Notes: generated by a model not told the origin, from the letters alone. 51,780 nucleotides of DNA from Octopus sinensis (GCF_006345805.1 NW_021833994.1:1-51780), one strand, 5' to 3'. Numbered from the stretch's first letter, positions 12,490 through 24,832 are shown. Numbers and translations: made by a program.

Positions 12490-12770
12490 ATTGGAAACTA
12501 CCACCTGTGTCATCTCTTGTGAAAGGTAGGAGAGTCCAGTTTGCTGGACATTGTTGTAGAGCTGGAAATGAGGCAATTTTTACTCTTCTCCTCTGGAAGC
12601 CATCTACTCGCAATACCAGAGGGCGCACACTCTCCTACCCTGAAGTAATCTTCAGGGATCCAGGCGTCCAGCAACGGGACCTCCGTAATGCTTCGATGAA
12701 CCGTGAAGTCTGGCGTAACATAGTAAATTCCATTGTCTCGACTACGGTCGAACAATGATGATGATGATGA
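12490..12770 (+). mobile_element. RTE-clade LINE, 5'-truncated 3' end with (GAT)n tail
   Basis: LPPVSSLVKGRRVQFAGHCCRA...GRTLSYPEVIFRD...MNREVWRNIV then stop and (TGA)n. Candidate 10-bp TSD TGCCATCGGT at 12465-12474 and 12771-12780. Confidence 0.85.
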
Positions 12771-13089
12771 TGCCATCGGTCATTGGTTTGTTTTTAACTA
12801 CTTTCATTTACATCGATTCCATGTTATAGGAAATGGTACTTGCCTAAGGTTTAACGCAACAGAATCGAAAGTGGAACTGTATGTTGTCAAGCAAACTTTT
12901 TAAACATTTGGCCATGCTGCATCTATACATATCTCTAGACACACATACATTCATAGATTTTTTAGATTTCAATGTAAATCTACACCAGTATATTGCTGGT
13001 ACTCTGACCATTACCGGAGAAGTTGAAATAAAATATAAAACTAGTAAGATAATGATAATAATAAACGTTTCGAATTTTAGTAGAAAGCC

Positions 13090-13280
13090 CCTCTGTCCAA
13101 GATCTCCTGAACACTAAGGGCAAGTGCCCTCCGCAATTCCTTTTCTAAGATTCACAGGACTACCCTTAGAGAGGTACAATCCACTTGTGCCATTTTCGCA
13201 ACCTTCACCCATCTTTCAGTAAATACATTCTAGGACAACACCTCACTCACCACCTTCACTTTCCTTTTCAAATGAAACTT
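13090..13280 (-). mobile_element. Tx1/L1-type LINE ORF2 C-terminal fragment
   Basis: FHLKRKVKVVSEVLS*NVFTERWVKVAKMAQVD on the minus strand; homologous to 5785-5920. Confidence 0.78.
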
Positions 13281-13729
13281 GAATAATCCTTTCTGTTACA
13301 AGCACAAGGCCATAAGAGACTAGTCAATTACATCAACTCCATCGCTGAACTGGTGCTTAATTTATCGACTCCAAAAGGACGAACGTATATGAAGATATTT
13401 CTAGAATTAAATGCTGTGAAACCTTTATTCTGAGGCTATATATCGAGTGATATTTGTAATTGTTTGAAATAGAAATGTATCTTAAAGAATAATTAACAGA
13501 GTGGCACCGACGTTGATTTTATTTCATACATAACAAAGCAAAAATACTTCTTATGATTATAATAGACGCAACAGCGTCGGTGGAGACGGCGGCGCAGACA
13601 TCATAATTTCGTAGGACAATTATCGTCAGCGAAATTCCGGTCTTTTGATGTTTGTTTTGTTATTTTTTCATATAATTCATCCATCTTCCTTTTCTTCTCT
13701 CTTTCTTTTTTCTCTTCCTTCTTTTACAG

Positions 13730-13836
13730 GAAGAATCGTCTCGTCGTCTGGGATTGACTAGTAAACGCTAAATCTCGCTAACATTGCAGAAACCGCCTAC
13801 AGACAATCCGCTCTTTTGGGTGCTGACCCTCATCGT
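13730..13836 (+). other. Candidate non-coding exon (unassigned)
   Basis: About 45-nt polypyrimidine tract plus TTTTACAG acceptor ending at 13729, and GTATGT donor at 13837. Stops in all three frames. Confidence 0.22.
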
Positions 13837-14224
13837 GTATGTTAAACTGAATTCAACTTGTTTCCTATGTTAAGAAAACGAACAAAACAAAAAGCAAAAT
13901 AAAAAAAAATAGAAAAATTATTCGCTATAAAATCTGTGATGTATAAAATCAACGATGTAATTAACTGTCTATTAATTACAGCTGATCTTAATCACCACTA
14001 ACCTACATTAGTACACCCACTTAAACTCATATAAAGGCACGCACACACCCACGCAACACATATATTAAAGTACTGAGACAGTTTATGTGTGTGTGTGTAT
14101 GAGTGTGTGTATGTGTGTGTGTGGTTGGGGTGCATAACATGTAAATATTTAAATATTAAACATTCAGTAAGCCTACATTTGGCGTTGCTGCGCAAAACGA
14201 ATTCGTGGTTAGTTGACGGACATG

Positions 14225-14500
14225 GGTTTGTCATCAGTCCTAGGTGTTAAAGGGCCGGGCCTTAACATGGCTTCTATGGAGTCTTAAGTGAAAGAGATTA
14301 AAACAGTGCCCCTCACGTGCCACTCCACTGAACGGGACATCTGTTCGTTGTAGGGTTAACTTTCCAGTTCTTACTGGAATTCACTCACATTTGAGTGGAC
14401 TTGAGCAACATGGAATGAAGTGTTTTCCTCAAGAACACAACGCTCCGCCCAAAATCGAAACCACGATCCTACGATCGTAAGTGCAACATCTTAACCTCTA
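14225..14500 (-). mobile_element. SINE family C (diverged)
   Basis: Contains AAGTGTTTTCCTCAAGAACACAAC and a degenerate B-box, as in 19175-19507. Confidence 0.65.
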
Positions 14501-14508
14501 GGTCTGAG

Positions 14509-14510
<2 letters not shown>

Positions 14511-14592
<82 letters not shown>

Positions 14593-14767
14593 CAATAATG
14601 ATAATAATAATAATAATAATATATATATATATATACATACACATAGACCTACTTTTATTTCGAAATATGTGTATGTGTGTGTATATGATGTGTGTGTATG
14701 TGTGTGTGTGTATGTGGTGTGTGTGTATGTGTGTGTGTATGTGTGTGTGTGTATGTATGTGTGTGTA

Positions 14768-14826
<59 letters not shown>

Positions 14827-14830
14827 GTGT
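14511..14830. repeat. Compound (TA)n/(AAT)n/(TG)n microsatellite
   Basis: Direct reading. Confidence 0.95.
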
Positions 14831-15371
14831 GGTTCAACAGCTTCTGCAATAAGAACCGCTGAAACCCAGAGGATTGTGTTTGCCTGAGCGATCTTTGCTT
14901 TCACAAGACGAGTTGGTATTGAGTTTATTTCAAAATAATTTTTGAGGTGATAACCACACGAAAAGAAGTGGTGGTGGTGGTGGTGTTGGCAGCGGTGGCG
15001 TTATTGTTGTTGTCGTTGGCGGTGGTGGTGTTGTTTTTAGATGGACTGCGGATTTAACGTATAACCTGCGATATACCAGAAATGCTGGATATTTAAACAC
15101 CGACGCTGAAGGCACGAAATCAAAATGTCTGACAACAATTTTTCTCTTCTGCTCCATCGAATTTGCATTTCGCTGCATCTCCTTGGTGCAACAAGGATTC
15201 TTCTCATATGCATGCTAATATTATTTTAGGGGTAAAGAAGAATATAATAAAATGAACTGTGGCGTATGTGACATTCCCCAAGCGAATTAATGAGTTCTTG
15301 TATATGCATTGGCAACAAATTTCTTTTATTAGCGGATGAGGAGGGCGGAGAGCGGGAGTGCCTATGAGACG

Positions 15372-15571
15372 CTAATGGCGTTCTTGCCTCCCCCAAGCGT
15401 ATGAGTGAAGTAAGTGAACCGGTTCCAACAGGGAATCGAAACCAATAATGATGTTGTTCATAAGACCAGGGACTTTAAGTTTTCTTGCGTTAGCACTTTC
15501 TAGAATATCGAGCGAGAGATATACGACCGGTCTCCTGATGATCCGACGACCTTGAACTTTCTCTTCTGCAG
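15372..15571 (-). other. Candidate exon (unassigned; strong acceptor, open frame to TAG)
   Basis: Long pyrimidine tract and TTTCAG acceptor before 15571. One frame stays open (AEEKVQGRRIIRRPVVYLSLDILES...WGRQERH*). No strong donor, no recognisable protein. Confidence 0.2.
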
Positions 15572-16677
15572 CTGAAATTAGAAACAATTTGTGAAAGAAA
15601 AAAAAAGAAGAAAAGAAAAGAGGTGGTGAGAAAAAGGTAAAAGAAGAAGAAAAAAAAGAAGAATGTAAAGTAAAAGAAAAACGTATAGCTCTCCTCCCTC
15701 GCGGTGTTTTCTTGAACTTCGTCGTATTTACACCTCGTTCACTTTTACTTGTAATACAATATGTCTTTAAAAACAGCAAAAGGTTTATAGTAAAAACCCA
15801 TAGATACAGATGCCCTTTGGGTTAGACTAAAATAACAACTCAGCAGTGTCAGATATCATTTAGAGAGCGAGAAATTACGGCCAACAGGGACAGAGAGTGG
15901 ACTTGAATGGAAACTGTTTTTCTCTTTCCTCTTTACATGTCTTTTTTTATCCATTTTTATTTACATTGTATTTTATTTATTTACTTATTTTTATCGTACC
16001 CTATCTCTCCCTTTCCCTCTCTTTCTTTCTCCCTCTCTCTCTCTCTCTTAAGTAGCCAACTGACTGAAATGGCCTACAGCCAAATAAGCAAAGAGAAATA
16101 AGATCCAAGCTATTTTGTTTACACCGTGATTAGTTTTGCCAATATTTCCTCAGAAATTTTTAGTTCTTATTTTTGTTTGTTATTGTAGATTTAGCTAGCA
16201 GTCGGGAATAATTTGATTTAAGTGAAAAGTTGACTCCTGGAAAACGGCGGGTGGTGGGTGGGAGGAGGGATGGTTTTAAATAAACGATACTTCTTTAAGT
16301 GAAAGAATGAGAAGATTTTTAAGAAAGATGCCAAATTTTTGAGGTTTACTATGGGCGACATTTCATTGGCTATTTGGCCCTCCATGTTTATTAATAAATA
16401 CATGAAAATGATGTTGCAGATATTTATGTCTTAGAATGTCAGTTGATTTAAGCAGCTTGCAACTAAAGATTCTAAATTGCATTACAGATTGAATCGACGG
16501 GAATTTAAATCGTGCAAATAAGCACTGACCATCTTTATGAAATATAAATTCCTTTTTATCTAAGAATGATGTCTGAGAATTGCATAAGTTTTTGAAATTG
16601 GAAGTTATCATGTTTCATGACATTTTGCAATAATTCCAAGAAATACACATACACACACTCACACACACAGGAAAAAG

Positions 16678-16893
16678 ATGAAGAAGGAGGAGGAGGAGGA
16701 GGAGAAGGAGAAGAAAAAAGAAGGAGGAGGAGGAGGAGGAGAAGGAGAAGAAAAAGAAGAAGAAGAAGACGAAGAAAAAGAAGAAGAAAAAAAGGAGGAG
16801 GAGGAGGAGAAGACGAAGAAGGAGGAGGAGGAGGAGGAGGAGGAGAAGAAGAAGAAGAAGAAGAAGAGAAGAAGAAGAAGAAGAAGAAGAAGA
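16678..16893. repeat. (GAG)n/(GAA)n polypurine repeat
   Basis: Direct reading; source of the poly-E/K/R ORFs. Confidence 0.95.
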
Positions 16894-18020
16894 AATGCCT
16901 AAGACAGAAATCCCTGCTTCCTCTCATTTATCGTACAACACGACAAATTTATGTGGAGAGCACCTTTTTTACTATTATTAAGATTAGCTCTAAAAGCAGT
17001 GAGTTTGGCAGAAACGTTTGTGCGCCAAGCAAAATGCTTAGTGGCATTTCGTCCATCTTTAAGTTCTGAGTTCAAATTCCGCCGAGGTCGACTTTGACTT
17101 TCATCCTTTTCGGACAAAGTCAGTTGCCTAGCGAAGGAACAAAGATACATACATATCCAAACCGCTGCTTGGGGAGCGAATGAGGTACGCCATCTTCACG
17201 ACCACCATCTGATTATTTGTGTCACATGTGCAAGAGCCTGTTCGTACAAAGGTTGGTTTGCATAATTACTTAAGGACCAACATTGCTCTTCTGCATTACC
17301 TCCGAACCACGTTATATCGGGTTCAGTCCCACTGAGTAAGTGTTTTCAACTATAACCTCGGATCGATCAAAGCCTTATGGATTTGGTGTATAGAAACTGA
17401 AAGAAACCCGTCGTACAGACACACACTCACACACACATACAATACAAACACACACACACACACACGCACATACACACGCACACACACACACAAACACACA
17501 CATACACTCACTTATGTGTATGTGTATATGTATGTATGAATATATTAATGTATTAATGTATGTGTGCCTGCATGTATGTATATATGTATCAATTCATGTG
17601 TGTATGTCATTATTCTGTTATATTTCAAGATTTCTTGCCAATAGAGAAAAGAGCCGGTTTCTAACCTAGATCCAAGGCTCCTTCATTGGAATTTCCACTA
17701 CATCAACACGGTATTTGTGTATGTATGTATGCATATATGTATGTATTTATATGTCTGAAGAATTGCGGGTCTTACATGTTTTTCTACACAAACTCCAAAC
17801 TAGAAATGAAGCATATAATGCGGAATATATAATACCAAACAACTTGCCAGTTTTCCATGTAAATGTGGAATTGCTGTGCAATAAATACTTTGCAGTATTC
17901 TCCAGTATTCTCCAGTATTTTCAACACTCAAATGTATCATAAGATCTACGAATGTATTTTGGAGAACTTTGGAGAAGTTTTTTTCCTTCTATTTTTGTGA
18001 AACACCTATCAAGATATAAC

Positions 18021-18276
18021 TTACTTGTACTTGTGGTAACATTCACCCTGGGCGGGTTGAGTCGGCATCTTCTTTGGAAGAAGTTTTGTGAGAATATGTG
18101 GATTTCACAAGCGGTTCCCAACAATCCCGCATGTAGAGACATCCTGTTTGCCGCAGATTGTCCGTAGACGCAGGGACAGAACGACCGAGGAGCCACCGGT
18201 TGCCGAAACAGACACTCCGAGGATTGTCACCAGGCCCCACCCCCGTCTGCCGGGTTGTGGCCCTAATACCAATCGG
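18021..18276 (-). mobile_element. 5'-truncated copy of the short RTE-like retroposon seen at 19655-20036
   Basis: About 250 bp homologous to 19655-19915; (AAGT)-type tail; 6-bp TSD TATAAC at 18015-18020 and 18277-18282. Confidence 0.88.
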
Positions 18277-18530
18277 TATAACATTTAGGATGAACATTTG
18301 TATGCTAAGACTGTTGCACTACGTTATCTCGGAATACAGGATTCGATGTCTCATCAAAGGTGGAAGATGGTCTGTAGGTGTTTCATTCTATTCCGTTGAG
18401 ACACCAGAGTTACCCAGAGCTACCGAAAATAACAACACGAGCTTTGTTATGTTAGATATTGCGACTCTGTAACAGATGATTCTATCATCCTCAATGCACG
18501 TTTGCGCATACAAAAAATGGAACGGCACAA

Positions 18531-18940
18531 CTCTTTTACTCTTTTACTTATTTCTGTCATTTGACTGCGGCCATGCTGGAGCACCACCTTTAGTCGAGCA
18601 AATCGACCCCGGGACTAATTCTTTGTAAGCCTAGTACTTATTCTATCTGTCTGTTTTGCCGAACCGCTAAGTTACGGGGACGTAAACACATCAACATCGG
18701 TTGTCAAGCGATGTTGGGCGGACAATACAGACACACAAATACAGACACACATATACATACAGATACATATATACGACGGGTTTCTTTCAGTTTCTGTCTA
18801 CCAAATCCACTCACAAGGCTTTGGTCGGCCCAAGGCTATAATAGAAGACACTTTGCCCAAGATGCCACGCAGTGGGATTGGACCCAAAACCAAGTGGTTG
18901 GGAAGCAAGCTCCTTACCACACAGCCACTCCTGCGCCTAT
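18531..18940 (-). mobile_element. SINE family B (full length, internal microsatellite)
   Basis: Head GGCGCAGGAGTGGCTGTGTGGTAAG (A-box), B-box-like GGGTCCAATCCC, internal (TA/TG)n, tail CAAATGACAGAAATAAGTAAAAGAGTAAAAGAG. Confidence 0.9.
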
Positions 18941-19174
18941 ATATTACAACCTGTAATATTTCGTTTTAAAGAATCTTCTGTTTCAGAACAGTCTTTGAGA
19001 GAAAATATTACAGCTAGTTCTTTCCCACTTTTGTATATGCGCTATGAATACACGCTGGTATTTTACACTTTATTGTTTCCACCGACACATCATTTGATAG
19101 ACATTTGATACGTATTACTGGTGATTATAAATAAAGGTTATGGATTGGAAATAAGTCAATAGAACAGGCTTGTT

Positions 19175-19507
19175 GTTATTCTTGAGAATAAACTGGTACT
19201 CCGTCGGTTACGACGACGAGTGTTCCAGTTCGGTCCAATCAGTGGAACAGCATACTCGAGAAATTAACGCGCATGTGGCTGAGCACACCACAGACACGTG
19301 TACCCTCAACGTAGTTCTCAGGGAGATTCAGCGTGACAAGGCTGGCCCATCGAATAACAGTTATAATTAATGTTTGCAAGCTGAATGGAATGAGACAACG
19401 TGAAATAAAGTGTCTTGCTCAAGGACACACTGCGTCGCCAGGAATCGAACTCACGACCTTACGATCATGAGCCGAATGCCCTAACCACTAAGCCACGCGC
19501 CTTCACT
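19175..19507 (-). mobile_element. SINE family C (tRNA head plus CORE-like CCTTGAGCAAGACACTT segment)
   Basis: Head GTGAAGGCGCGTGGCTTAGTGGTTAGGGC...GAGTTCGATTCC with clear A and B boxes. Related copies at 28235, 39455 and 39935. Confidence 0.88.
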
Positions 19508-19654
19508 AGAGAGGATATTGGAAAGATAGATAAGGTGGAATGACGTCATCAAAGGTAGGAGGAGAGTTGCGGCAACAACAATTCGTTTATGAATTTGACT
19601 TATAAAACATTCATCTGAAACCATTATTGTTATATTTTGACAAAGTCATATGAT

Positions 19655-20036
19655 ACTTACTTGTACTTGCGGCGACATTCACCCTGGGCGGGTTGAATCG
19701 GCTTCTTCTACTCATGGAAGAAGTTTCGTGGGAATATGTGGATTTCACAAGCGGTCCCCAACAATCCTGCATGTGGAGACATCCTGTTTGCCGCAGATTG
19801 TCCGCAGACGCAGGGACAGAAACGACCGAGGAGCCACCGGTTGCCGAAACAGACACTCCAAGGATTTTTCACCAGAGCCCCGTCTGCCGGGTTGTGGCCC
19901 TAATACCACTCGGTGTCAGACCAATCCGCCTTGGGTGGCCCTACCAGGAACCGAAGTTCCCGACGGCATAGCTCTGACACTACCCGTTGCCAGCGTCCCC
20001 ACCACGGTGAGGAGGGGATGGACTTTGGGGACGCAA
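19655..20036 (-). mobile_element. 382-bp non-autonomous RTE-like retroposon with structured 5' head
   Basis: Exact 13-bp TSD AAAGTCATATGAT at 19642-19654 and 20037-20049; (AAGT)n tail; second copy at 18021-18276. The RTE affinity is inferred from 5'UTR-like motifs and a weak C-terminal remnant (QDVSTCRIVGDRL*). Confidence 0.85.
19919..20035 (-). ncRNA. Candidate HDV-like self-cleaving ribozyme (decayed copy)
   Basis: Ordered elements: P1 GCGUCCCCA/UGGGGACGC; P2 GUCCA/UGGUC (1 mismatch); P3 CCCC/GUGG (1 mismatch); L3 UCCUCACC; UGGCAAC after P1'; P4 GGGU/ACCC capped by GGAAC-UUCG-GUUCC; J4/2 GGCGGA. It sits at the TSD-defined 5' end of the element. Confidence 0.55.
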
Positions 20037-20397
20037 AAAGTCATATGATGGAAACTCATGAACACACTCACTGGTTATTTAAAAGTTTTGCTTTTTTGCC
20101 CTCAAATATCTTTCGCCACTCCAAACTTGAGGCCTTTTCGAAAAGTATAGATTTTCAAATGGTTCACATTTTCTCTTCTGTTGTTGTTAGTGTGTGTTAT
20201 GGTACATTTCAACGGTGCCATGCTGAAGAAGAAGAAAAAATGGGTTAAAAATCTAAATCATTTGAGAAATGTACACCCGCTGAGAAGGCCACAAAATTGA
20301 TGAGGAGAAAAATTTAGGGTGAAGAAAAATAATTATTGACAAGCTATTGGTGAGTGTGTGTCGGTGTTAATAATATGAATCGTTCAATATATGAGGA

Positions 20398-20399
20398 TG

Positions 20400-20457
<58 letters not shown>

Positions 20458-20605
20458 TAATAATAATAATAGTAATAGTAATAATAATAATACTAGTAGT
20501 AGTAGTAATAATAATAATACTAGTAGTAGTAGTAATAATAGTAGTAGTAGTCACGATTTCTTATTAACCACAGGCGTTTAAATTAAGCAAAACAGCTGCT
20601 CCTAT

Positions 20606-20637
<32 letters not shown>

Positions 20638-20710
20638 CTGATGATGATGATGATGATGAGGAGGAGAGGAGGAGAAGAAGGATGAGGATGATGATGATGA
20701 TGATGATGAT
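20398..20710. repeat. Compound (AAT)n/(AGT)n/(GAT)n microsatellites
   Basis: Direct reading. Confidence 0.93.
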
Positions 20711-20714
20711 AGTT

Positions 20715-21020
20715 TCCAATCTTGGCACAAAGCCAGCAATTTCGGGAGACGAGGTAAATCGATCATATTGACCCCAGTGTTCAACTGGTACTTATTTTAT
20801 CGCATCCGAAAGGATGAAAGGCACAGTCGACCCCGGCAGAATTTGAACTGAGAACCAGAAGACGACCGAAATACCGCCTGATTTACTCAAGTTATCAACT
20901 CCGAAAGGATGAAAGGTAAAGTCGACCTTCGGCGGCATTTGAACTTAGAACGTAAAGACGGACGAAATACTGCTAAGCACTTATCCCGGTGTGCTTAACT
21001 ATTCTGCCAGCTGGCCTCCT
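20715..21020 (-). mobile_element. Two tandem SINE family A copies
   Basis: Two successive CCGAAAGGATGAAAGG...GTCGACC...ATTTGAAC cores. Confidence 0.85.
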
Positions 21021-21041
21021 TAGCTGTGTTATTTATCCTAA

Positions 21042-22625
21042 TTCTTTCTTTATTGGTCACAAGACTCACAAAGAGTATTCTGGCCAATACAAATGCAAAA
21101 GACAGTAACAATTCACATAAAACAAACTGTGTAAACGATAAAAAGAAACTAGGAAAATTCTTACAGATACACCAATGTCTCGGACGGACAATATTTATTG
21201 GTAAGGCTTCTTGACTATTGATATCTGGAAATTATTCATTAACCCTGTCCCGAAGGTTTTCTGGAAATTATTCATTAACCCTGTCCCGAAAGTTTTCTGG
21301 AAAAGACCAGCTAGTTAACTTTCATCAACGCCCCGGGTTTCCATGAAGACGTTGTTGCTTTTACCTTTCATTTAATCCTCTACAGAATGCTTTGTGGAAT
21401 CTCCATCACCCGTATTGCCTTAACAACACACAAGATTCCTGATTCCCAGTTCCGTCTACGCTTGGTTCAGACTTTCCAGCTCTGTGGACTAGACGAGCTG
21501 CGGGATAGTGCGTCTGACATCTGCTCATCATCCAGGAAACGATGCTTTTGAACGGGTTAGACTTGTCTCCCCTGGTCCGGGTGTTGAGCTGTTTCTGTGA
21601 CTGCCTAGTGGTCCCTTGGAGCGGTTTCGATCACCTCGATGTGTTTTGGTGCGAATGTAAACATAGATATTCTGTGTCCTAGTCTTCGCTCGATTCTTCT
21701 TCACACTACCAGCCGCTGCAGTGGTGGCTACAAAGTCACTACGTAGAGAATTGGAGACAGACGGTCTCTGTTGACGTACACATCACGTGATACTGAACGA
21801 TTCCAACATATAGTCATTTACTCTGCCCACCAATCAAATATCGCTGTACAGACAGCCCAAAACCTGCTGCTTCCAGGACAGTCGCCAAGTATTGAAGGTC
21901 GGTCCTATTGAAAACTTTAATCTGAACGAAGTTTATCAGGGCCTCGTCGATACCAGGTTCTTAACCTTTACTTTCTTTAATGCATCACATGAGGTGGAAT
22001 TTGTCATGGACAGACCTGACTGGTATGGCAAGTGTTTGTATCTCACCTACCAGAGTATCAATGACAAGCGCTAACCACTTAACTAACATCTTTACAAAAA
22101 TCCTCAACTCTGCGTTTACCTGACTTATGGGCCTAAAATCATCAAAACCATTCCTCTTTTTCGGGTTCTTTCTCAGTACCACTATTACATTTCTTTCTGC
22201 AGGACTGGGAATTTTCCTATTCTCGTGCTAGTTGCAGTACATTTCTTCTAAGAAGATCCCGAACAAGTCTGACATATAACGTGGGGAAGCTCGTGAAGAA
22301 GACTATCCAGCCCCGGCAACTTCTCCATCCTGCAGTCGGTCGTCACTTCCCGTTTTTCGTTAGCTTTTATGGGCCACCGCCGTCTCCGGTCCACTCTCAA
22401 TCCCCAACTGAGGAGCGAAGTGACTCTTCAAAGCAACACATTTCCCGCATGAAATCGAGTTGCCCGCACCGCTTTCGATCCATCAAAGACCGAATTGTGG
22501 CTTTATTTCTGCGTTGTCAGCATGGTCCATCGAACATCTTTCCAGAAATAACTTTATTAAAATAACCATATATAATCTTGTTACTAGAGATCCTGTGTTG
22601 GTTGTGATGAAAGCAATTGGTAATG
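21042..22625 (-). mobile_element. Tx1/L1-type LINE remnant: decayed ORF2 (RT N-terminal half) joined by an internal deletion to a 3'UTR
   Basis: Minus strand: EKLPGLDSL; VVLRKNPKKRNGFDDFRPISQVNAELRIFVKMLVKWLALVIDTLVGEIQTLAIPVRSVHDKFHLM (RT domains 0-2). The 3' end at 21065-21042 reads GTCTTGTGACCAATAAAGAAAGAA. A 36-bp tandem duplication lies at 21224-21295. Confidence 0.85.
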
Positions 22626-24206
22626 GCTTTTTGCGTCAATAAACACTACAGTCTCTTACTTTATTCATTTAGAAATTTCGCCGAACAGGAGAAAACTGAT
22701 TAATCATTAATAACAAAATACATCAAATGTGTTACAAGTGAAATACTAAGCTGCTGATCAACGTCATCATGTACAATTAGTACATTGTAGAGAAATTAGC
22801 AAACTCTGATAGGCTGAATTACTACGAAAATGAAAAATGAAATATGACGCTTCGGACTTTCGTCATTCACCCTAAGGTTAAAAAAGCGAGAGATAAGATG
22901 TTGTCATTTGATTTATGAGCAGCTCTTCTACATTTGCTGATGAAGGACAGGGGTTGGTTCTTGCCTCTAACTTGCAGGACTTTTCAAGAAACTATAAACG
23001 TGCGTGTTCAATGTTATTTAAAAAAAAAAACTTTAAAATTGTGTGACAGAAAAACACACGAAAGAAAGAAAACGAGAGACAAAGTAAATATCAAAATGCA
23101 AATTATAGACTGAGAAAAACGAAAAGGTGTAAAGATAGGAAATAGAAAGAAAAAAATAAATGAAAGGAGATAGTTTTAGTGATGGAGATTGTTAGAAATA
23201 GTAAGAAAAACTGAAAGTAATGTAAAGAATATGCAAGAGAGTAAATATCGAGTAACATTGAAGGGCTTGGAAAAACAGCGGTAAAATCTTGAATATACAG
23301 AGAGAGAAAAGACGACAGACAGATTTAATAAGAAATATAAGAGATGCCAAAGAGAGAAAAAATATAAATAAAGGCGTCTCTCTTTTCTTTTTCTCTCTGC
23401 ATATAAGCATACATACGTACATACACATATATAAATGTATGTATATGGTTGTGTGTATATATGTGTATGTGTGTTGGCTTGTGTGTGTGTCTCTGTGTAC
23501 GAGTTGATTGAGAGGGGAATCAGGGTACGTGAAAGAAAGAGATGTGGATAGAGAGAAAATGTGAATTACTCGGGGTGTGTTTTTAAGGACCTCTTTCACA
23601 GGGAAAAGCCTTACTAGAGGTTCCACTTCAAGTTTATTTATTATATTAAAATATATTCGTTGCCTTTTTCTAATACATTTTCTTGATGTTTTTTTTTTAC
23701 GTATGTTTCAAAAATCTATTCCTTTTTTTTTTTTTTTTCACTGACTGTGACCCTGATCTGACTTACTGCTTGCCAGTCAGTGGCATTCATTCTTCACCAA
23801 ACACAATATTTTTATTTTTATTTCCATTTTTGTTTATTTCTCATTTTTTTTTTTCCTGTACAGAATTTGCTCAACCGTTGCTTAAAGCCTACTCAGGTTA
23901 CATAATACAGCGTTTGTGTATTCAGCTGCTCCACTTTTTTTTCTTCTTCTCACTTATTACTTACAACACGTTTATAAAAACTACATACATACACATATGT
24001 ATGTATGTATGTACGTATGTACGAATGTATGTATGTATGTAGGTATGTATGTATCAATCTATCTATCTATATATATATATATATTATATATACGTATGCA
24101 TATATGTGTATGTATGTATGTATATATGTATGTATGTATGCATGTATGTATGTATCTATATATATATATGTGTGGTGTGTATATATTATATGTGTGTATA
24201 TATATT

Positions 24207-24253
<47 letters not shown>

Positions 24254-24254
24254 T

Positions 24255-24591
24255 AGTCCCACTGCGTGGCACATTGGGAAATTGTCTTCTACTATAGCCT
24301 CTACCTGAACAAAGCCTTGTGATTGGATTTGGTAGACGGAAACTGAAAGAAGCCCGTCGTACATATGTATATATATATATATGTGTGTGTGTGTGTATGT
24401 TTGTGTGTTTGTGTTAGTCTCCCCACTATCGCTTGACAACCGATGCTGGTGTGTAACTTAAAAAATAGACCGATAGAATAAGTACTACGCTTACAAAGAA
24501 TAAATCCTGGGGTCGATTTGATCGACTAAAGGCCGTGCCCCAGCATGGCCACAGTCAAATGACTGAAACAAGTAAAAGAGTAAAGAGTAAA
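24255..24591 (+). mobile_element. SINE family B (5'-truncated)
   Basis: AGTCCCACTGCGTGGCAC...GGAAACTGAAAGAAGCCCGTCG...(TA)(TG)...CAAATGACTGAAACAAGTAAAAGAGTAAAGAG. Confidence 0.88.
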
Positions 24592-24601
24592 AATTATATA
24601 T

Positions 24602-24651
<50 letters not shown>

Positions 24652-24799
24652 ACACACACACACACATATATATATAATAAACCTTTACATAAATAAATAA
24701 CGTGAAATACACGAAGGGACGAACAAAAAACAAACGGGTCATTCAAAGCTTCATTCTTCAGTCAGAAACTGATCCCTCATCGCAGATTATATATATATA

Positions 24800-24832
<33 letters not shown>

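Noticed and set aside
19440-19507. tRNA-like sequence with A and B boxes
   Set aside because: It is a SINE head running into a SINE body; no complete acceptor stem. The same applies to the other SINE heads.
21224-21303. 36-bp direct repeat, CRISPR-like in length
   Set aside because: Head-to-tail with no spacers, inside a LINE remnant; a simple tandem duplication.
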